DNA from: an uncultured virus (IMG/VR IMGVR_UViG_3300032282_004167)
Taxonomy: Duplodnaviria > Heunggongvirae > Uroviricota > Caudoviricetes
DNA: 20,000 bases
Virus record (IMG/VR): IMGVR_UViG_3300032282_004167
Strand: one strand, 5' to 3'
Below the pieces are notes generated by a model that worked only from the letters and a program-made list of their open reading frames with translations, did not search any database and was not told the DNA's origin. The stretch's first letter is position 1. Each line of letters starts with the position of its first letter. This document shows positions 17,188 through 20,000 of the stretch, in pieces. Position numbers and translations under genes: made by a program.

Positions 17188-17340
17188 ATGACAAACACAA
17201 TGATTCTTGACTCCACTCCAACTGCAGCTCACCCAGCTGCAACAATAATAGATGATTACTTAAAGATGCTTCGTGCTGACTTAGTCGCTAAAGAGGAAGT
17301 CATTAATCTACTTTTGGACATTCGTCAGACTGTTTCTTGA
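17188..17340 (+). CDS. Small hypothetical protein (50 aa; absent from the ORF track)
   Basis: AAGGA SD; MTNTMILDSTPTAAHPAATIIDDYLKMLRADLVAKEEVINLLLDIRQTVS; stop 1 nt before the next ATG. Confidence 0.65.
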   Translation: MTNTMILDSTPTAAHPAATIIDDYLKMLRADLVAKEEVINLLLDIRQTVS

Positions 17341-17341
17341 T

Positions 17342-17617
17342 ATGCCTTCTTACTCAAAAGTAGATGCTTCTTTCAGCATTTATATATCAAATCCCCCCAA
17401 TGCATCTCCTACTGTGAAAGATGTAAGAGACTGGTTGTCTCTTATCGATCAATTTAATATTTCTGATGATTATCCTCTTACTGACGCTTCTTTGTCTATT
17501 GATGTTTTTTCCCAGACAGTAGAACCAGTCTGTTGTGGCGAGTGCTCACCTAACTTAAATTCTATTGATGCTTTAATTGTTACTCATCAATGTACTCATC
17601 CCTATAGTGGTAGTTGA
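17342..17617 (+). CDS. Hypothetical protein with C-terminal Cys/His cluster
   Basis: CCGEC...HQC. Confidence 0.65.
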   Translation: MPSYSKVDASFSIYISNPPNASPTVKDVRDWLSLIDQFNISDDYPLTDASLSIDVFSQTVEPVCCGECSPNLNSIDALIVTHQCTHPYSGS

Positions 17618-17623
17618 CATTTA

Positions 17624-18229
17624 ATGCATTATCTTGCCATCGCACTAGTTCCTCCCCCCAAAAAAACCAATGATATTAATGCAATTACTCAATTTATTGA
17701 TTTAATAATGGAACCTTATTCCGTTTATTTTGAACATGATTGTATCAATACTGATAAAGATTTTGATGATAATGAGGAATGCGACACTTGTTCTGACGCA
17801 TTTTTTGATTGGTATGAAATTGGTGGTAGGTGGAGTGGTATCTTAACTGGTTATGATCCTCAGAAAGATCCTACCAATTTATCTCCATGCTCTTTTTGTG
17901 CTTCTTTGGGCTATCGCGCATCCAATCTTAATTATGATTCTTCTGTCAATGCTGTTTTAATTCCATGCTTTTGTGTTGAAACTCTTCGTCCTGGTCTTAT
18001 TCAGGCTTCTAGGCTTTTATACCACGGCGACATAGTTACCTTGGGTTACTGGAAAAAAATATCTAAAACTCAAGAAACTTATCCATGTTATTTAGTCACT
18101 TACGAAAATCACTTGTATAGGATTGATGACTTTATCTCTAATTCATCTAACATAAAGACTGAATTAGACGATATATTAACGAATTATTCCGACGATTTGC
18201 TTGTAGCAATCATAGACTGCCATATGTGA
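17624..18229 (+). CDS. Phage-type hypothetical protein with DWYEIGGRWSG motif
   Basis: FDWYEIGGRWSG and C-terminal IIDCHM, a pattern I recognise from phage hypotheticals; CSFC/CFC insert. Confidence 0.75.
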   Translation: MHYLAIALVPPPKKTNDINAITQFIDLIMEPYSVYFEHDCINTDKDFDDNEECDTCSDAFFDWYEIGGRWSGILTGYDPQKDPTNLSPCSFCASLGYRASNLNYDSSVNAVLIPCFCVETLRPGLIQASRLLYHGDIVTLGYWKKISKTQETYPCYLVTYENHLYRIDDFISNSSNIKTELDDILTNYSDDLLVAIIDCHM

Positions 18230-18238
18230 GGAAACGGC

Positions 18239-18481
18239 ATGAAAATAAAGAAATCAGATGCAGCATATTATTCTGCTTATTATCGTCAATTAAAAAATGC
18301 TGTCATCAAAGATGTTTATTTAGAAGAAGATGATTCTAATTACCTTGTTCATATAGTTGTTATCTTATCTGATGGTAAGACTATTGATCTTGAACTCTGC
18401 AATGATTCAGAGGGTAATTCTACCGGATTCTTATTCGGTCTTCCTTACCCTTCTGACGTTGATCCCAATGAGTTTGACTAA
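18239..18481 (+). CDS. Small acidic hypothetical protein
   Basis: GAGG SD; DSEGNSTGFL motif. Confidence 0.7.
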   Translation: MKIKKSDAAYYSAYYRQLKNAVIKDVYLEEDDSNYLVHIVVILSDGKTIDLELCNDSEGNSTGFLFGLPYPSDVDPNEFD

Positions 18482-18498
18482 TGTCTATCCATTAGTTT

Positions 18499-18585
18499 GG
18501 AGAGGTGCCTGAGCGGTCGAAAGGGCCGGTTTGCTAAACCGTTGACAAAGCAATTTGTCCGTGGGTTCGAATCCCACCCTCTCCG
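18499..18585 (+). tRNA. tRNA-Ser (anticodon GCT), long variable arm
   Basis: Acceptor GGAGAGG/CCTCTCC, anticodon CGGT-TTGCTAA-ACCG, variable arm GACAAA-GCAA-TTTGTC, T arm GTGGG-TTCGAAT-CCCAC, G discriminator. CCA not encoded. Confidence 0.93.
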
Positions 18586-18610
18586 CTTCAAAACTATTTT
18601 AGGAGATAAA

Positions 18611-19078
18611 ATGCCAAATGCTTCAATGATTAATTATGGTTATAAATGGGATTATTTAAAGGCCAAAGGCTGGCAGATTAAAGCTTCCAATGTTCCTAGA
18701 GGCACTGCAAATTGCGATTGTGCTAATAAAACTATTTGGATGAAGCCCTCTGCCTTTAACGCTCCTCGTCTTCGTATAAGAAAATATGTTGTTCCTCATG
18801 AAATTTGGCATGCGTTGCATTGCGAAATTCTTCAATATGAATGCAGCTCTTTGCAGACCGCAAGAAACCTAAACAAAGCTGCCGCCTTAGAAGTTGTAGC
18901 TGATGGCGGTGTTCTTAATGATACTCCGTCTAAAATCATGGGTGCTTGGGTGAGAGCATCTGTCATTTGGCATGGTAAAGTTGGATACAAGTATAAGTAT
19001 TCTGATCTTGTTTCTCCTGAGGCTTTACAAATTATCAGAATGATTAACTTAGCTGTTAAAAGCGATGCCACTCCCTAG
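18611..19078 (+). CDS. HExxH zincin-like metalloprotein (ImmA/IrrE-like layout)
   Basis: True start ATG 18611 after AGGAG. VVPHEIWHALH with downstream EVVAD as candidate third ligand. Confidence 0.7.
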   Translation: MPNASMINYGYKWDYLKAKGWQIKASNVPRGTANCDCANKTIWMKPSAFNAPRLRIRKYVVPHEIWHALHCEILQYECSSLQTARNLNKAAALEVVADGGVLNDTPSKIMGAWVRASVIWHGKVGYKYKYSDLVSPEALQIIRMINLAVKSDATP

Positions 19079-19649
19079 AAAGAAAAACTTTTTGATTGAC
19101 AATTTAGTTCAAGAATTACGTAATTGGTCAGCGCTCGTTAGAGAAGCAATTGAACGTGGTATTCATATTGAAATACAAGATCTAACTATTTGTGAGACTG
19201 CTGCCCACGAACTTGAACGTCTTCAAGATGCTGCTGACGCCCTTGCTGCTGCTGCTCGTTCTGGTATCGGTATCGATAATGCCATAGAAAGATGGGATGA
19301 TTATCGTGGATCATCTCCTCAGCCATTGTCTCAAGACGATATTGTTATTCTTTTGCGACAACGCGCTCTTTCCTGGCTCGATGCAAATGATGACTTAATC
19401 CTTGATACTAGAGCTGCTGAAGAGATAGACTGGCTACGCCAACAGAATACCATTCTCCGCAAAGCAGCAGGCGAAGAAGGCCGAGCAAATCGTATGACGC
19501 TATTGCATGAATCGGCACAAACAGAGATTAAACTGTTAAGTGAAAAAATTCAAGATCTTCAAATGTACGCTGAGCAAGATGCTTGTGAAATCGAACGTTT
19601 ACGGTCTGAATTAGCCCAAGTTCGATCACAACTTTTGGACTGGAGATAA
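19065..19649 (+). CDS. Phage coiled-coil protein with repeated LV..LR...A..E(I/L)ERL units
   Basis: AAHELERLQ, DDIVILLR, AAEEIDWLR, ACEIERLR. Confidence 0.75.
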   Translation: MPLPRKKNFLIDNLVQELRNWSALVREAIERGIHIEIQDLTICETAAHELERLQDAADALAAAARSGIGIDNAIERWDDYRGSSPQPLSQDDIVILLRQRALSWLDANDDLILDTRAAEEIDWLRQQNTILRKAAGEEGRANRMTLLHESAQTEIKLLSEKIQDLQMYAEQDACEIERLRSELAQVRSQLLDWR

Positions 19650-19651
19650 CA

Positions 19652-19996
19652 ATGACTGACGACATCGTGACCCGAATCCTTGACGTGGCGACTGAACATG
19701 CTTTGCGCCGCACGCACTACGAGGGCTGTGCTGGGTCGCATCTGGAATGTGCTGCGATCATGGCCGCCGACGAGATCAAACTGTTGCGAGACGACGTTGA
19801 CGAGTCCATCGCTGCCCTCTTACGGGCAGTCATGGCCTTGATGTGCAAGGTTGATGACATCGTGCGCTTGTTGGTTGACATCGAACAGTTGAGCGCACTG
19901 GGAGACGAAATAGCACGCTTGTATTCCGACCTCGGGCCGTGGGCAAACGAGTTCAAGAGCGCCGTTCGAGCATGGCAGGAGGCCCGCCGTGGCTGA
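19652..19996 (+). CDS. Phage 'DDIV...AADEI' family small protein, GC-rich
   Basis: GGAG SD; MTDDIVTRI...AADEIKLLR...DDIVRLL...DEIARL. Confidence 0.75.
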   Translation: MTDDIVTRILDVATEHALRRTHYEGCAGSHLECAAIMAADEIKLLRDDVDESIAALLRAVMALMCKVDDIVRLLVDIEQLSALGDEIARLYSDLGPWANEFKSAVRAWQEARRG

Positions 19997-20000
19997 CGAC

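Noticed and set aside
17041..17232. Minus-strand 63-aa ORF
   Set aside because: It is the antisense of tRNA-Arg (TPGGTRTPN is a typical tRNA shadow translation).
18497..18610. N-terminal 38 aa of the 193-aa ORF in the track
   Set aside because: Overlaps tRNA-Ser; a strong AGGAG SD supports ATG 18611 instead.
1..20000. CRISPR array, transposase/integrase, rRNA, or alternative genetic code
   Set aside because: No regularly spaced repeats or recombinase motifs seen. Genes tile densely under the standard code with TAA, TGA and TAG all used as stops.

Overview
AT-rich, T-skewed, densely packed window with all credible genes on the + strand. It most likely comes from a large dsDNA phage; the lifestyle is inferred, since there are no structural genes here. 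The main feature is an apparently complete prokaryotic ubiquitin-like conjugation system related to the PRTRC/Prok-E2_D families. It comprises an E2-like protein with a multi-CxxC tail (105-1823), a JAB/MPN+ peptidase (1866-3116), a ThiF/E1 enzyme (3724-4500) and a beta-grasp Ubl ending in GEKG (4519-4773). Nearby are a Ycf46-like AAA+ ATPase (5701-7302) and two more E2-like paralogs (10124-11923). The JAB gene ends in a C_CCA_AAA slippery heptamer followed by a structured RNA, which predicts a -1 frameshift fusing it to the next Cys-rich ORF. A 90-nt two-stem hairpin closes the Ubl operon. Downstream are a MerR-type HTH gene, ssb, a degenerate family-4 UDG, an AT-hook/Zn protein, an AEP-like protein, tRNA-Arg(TCT), tRNA-Ser(GCT), an HExxH protein and a GC-richer cluster of 'DDIV...EIERLR' proteins at the right edge. 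Family assignments are by motif recognition only; no searches were run.
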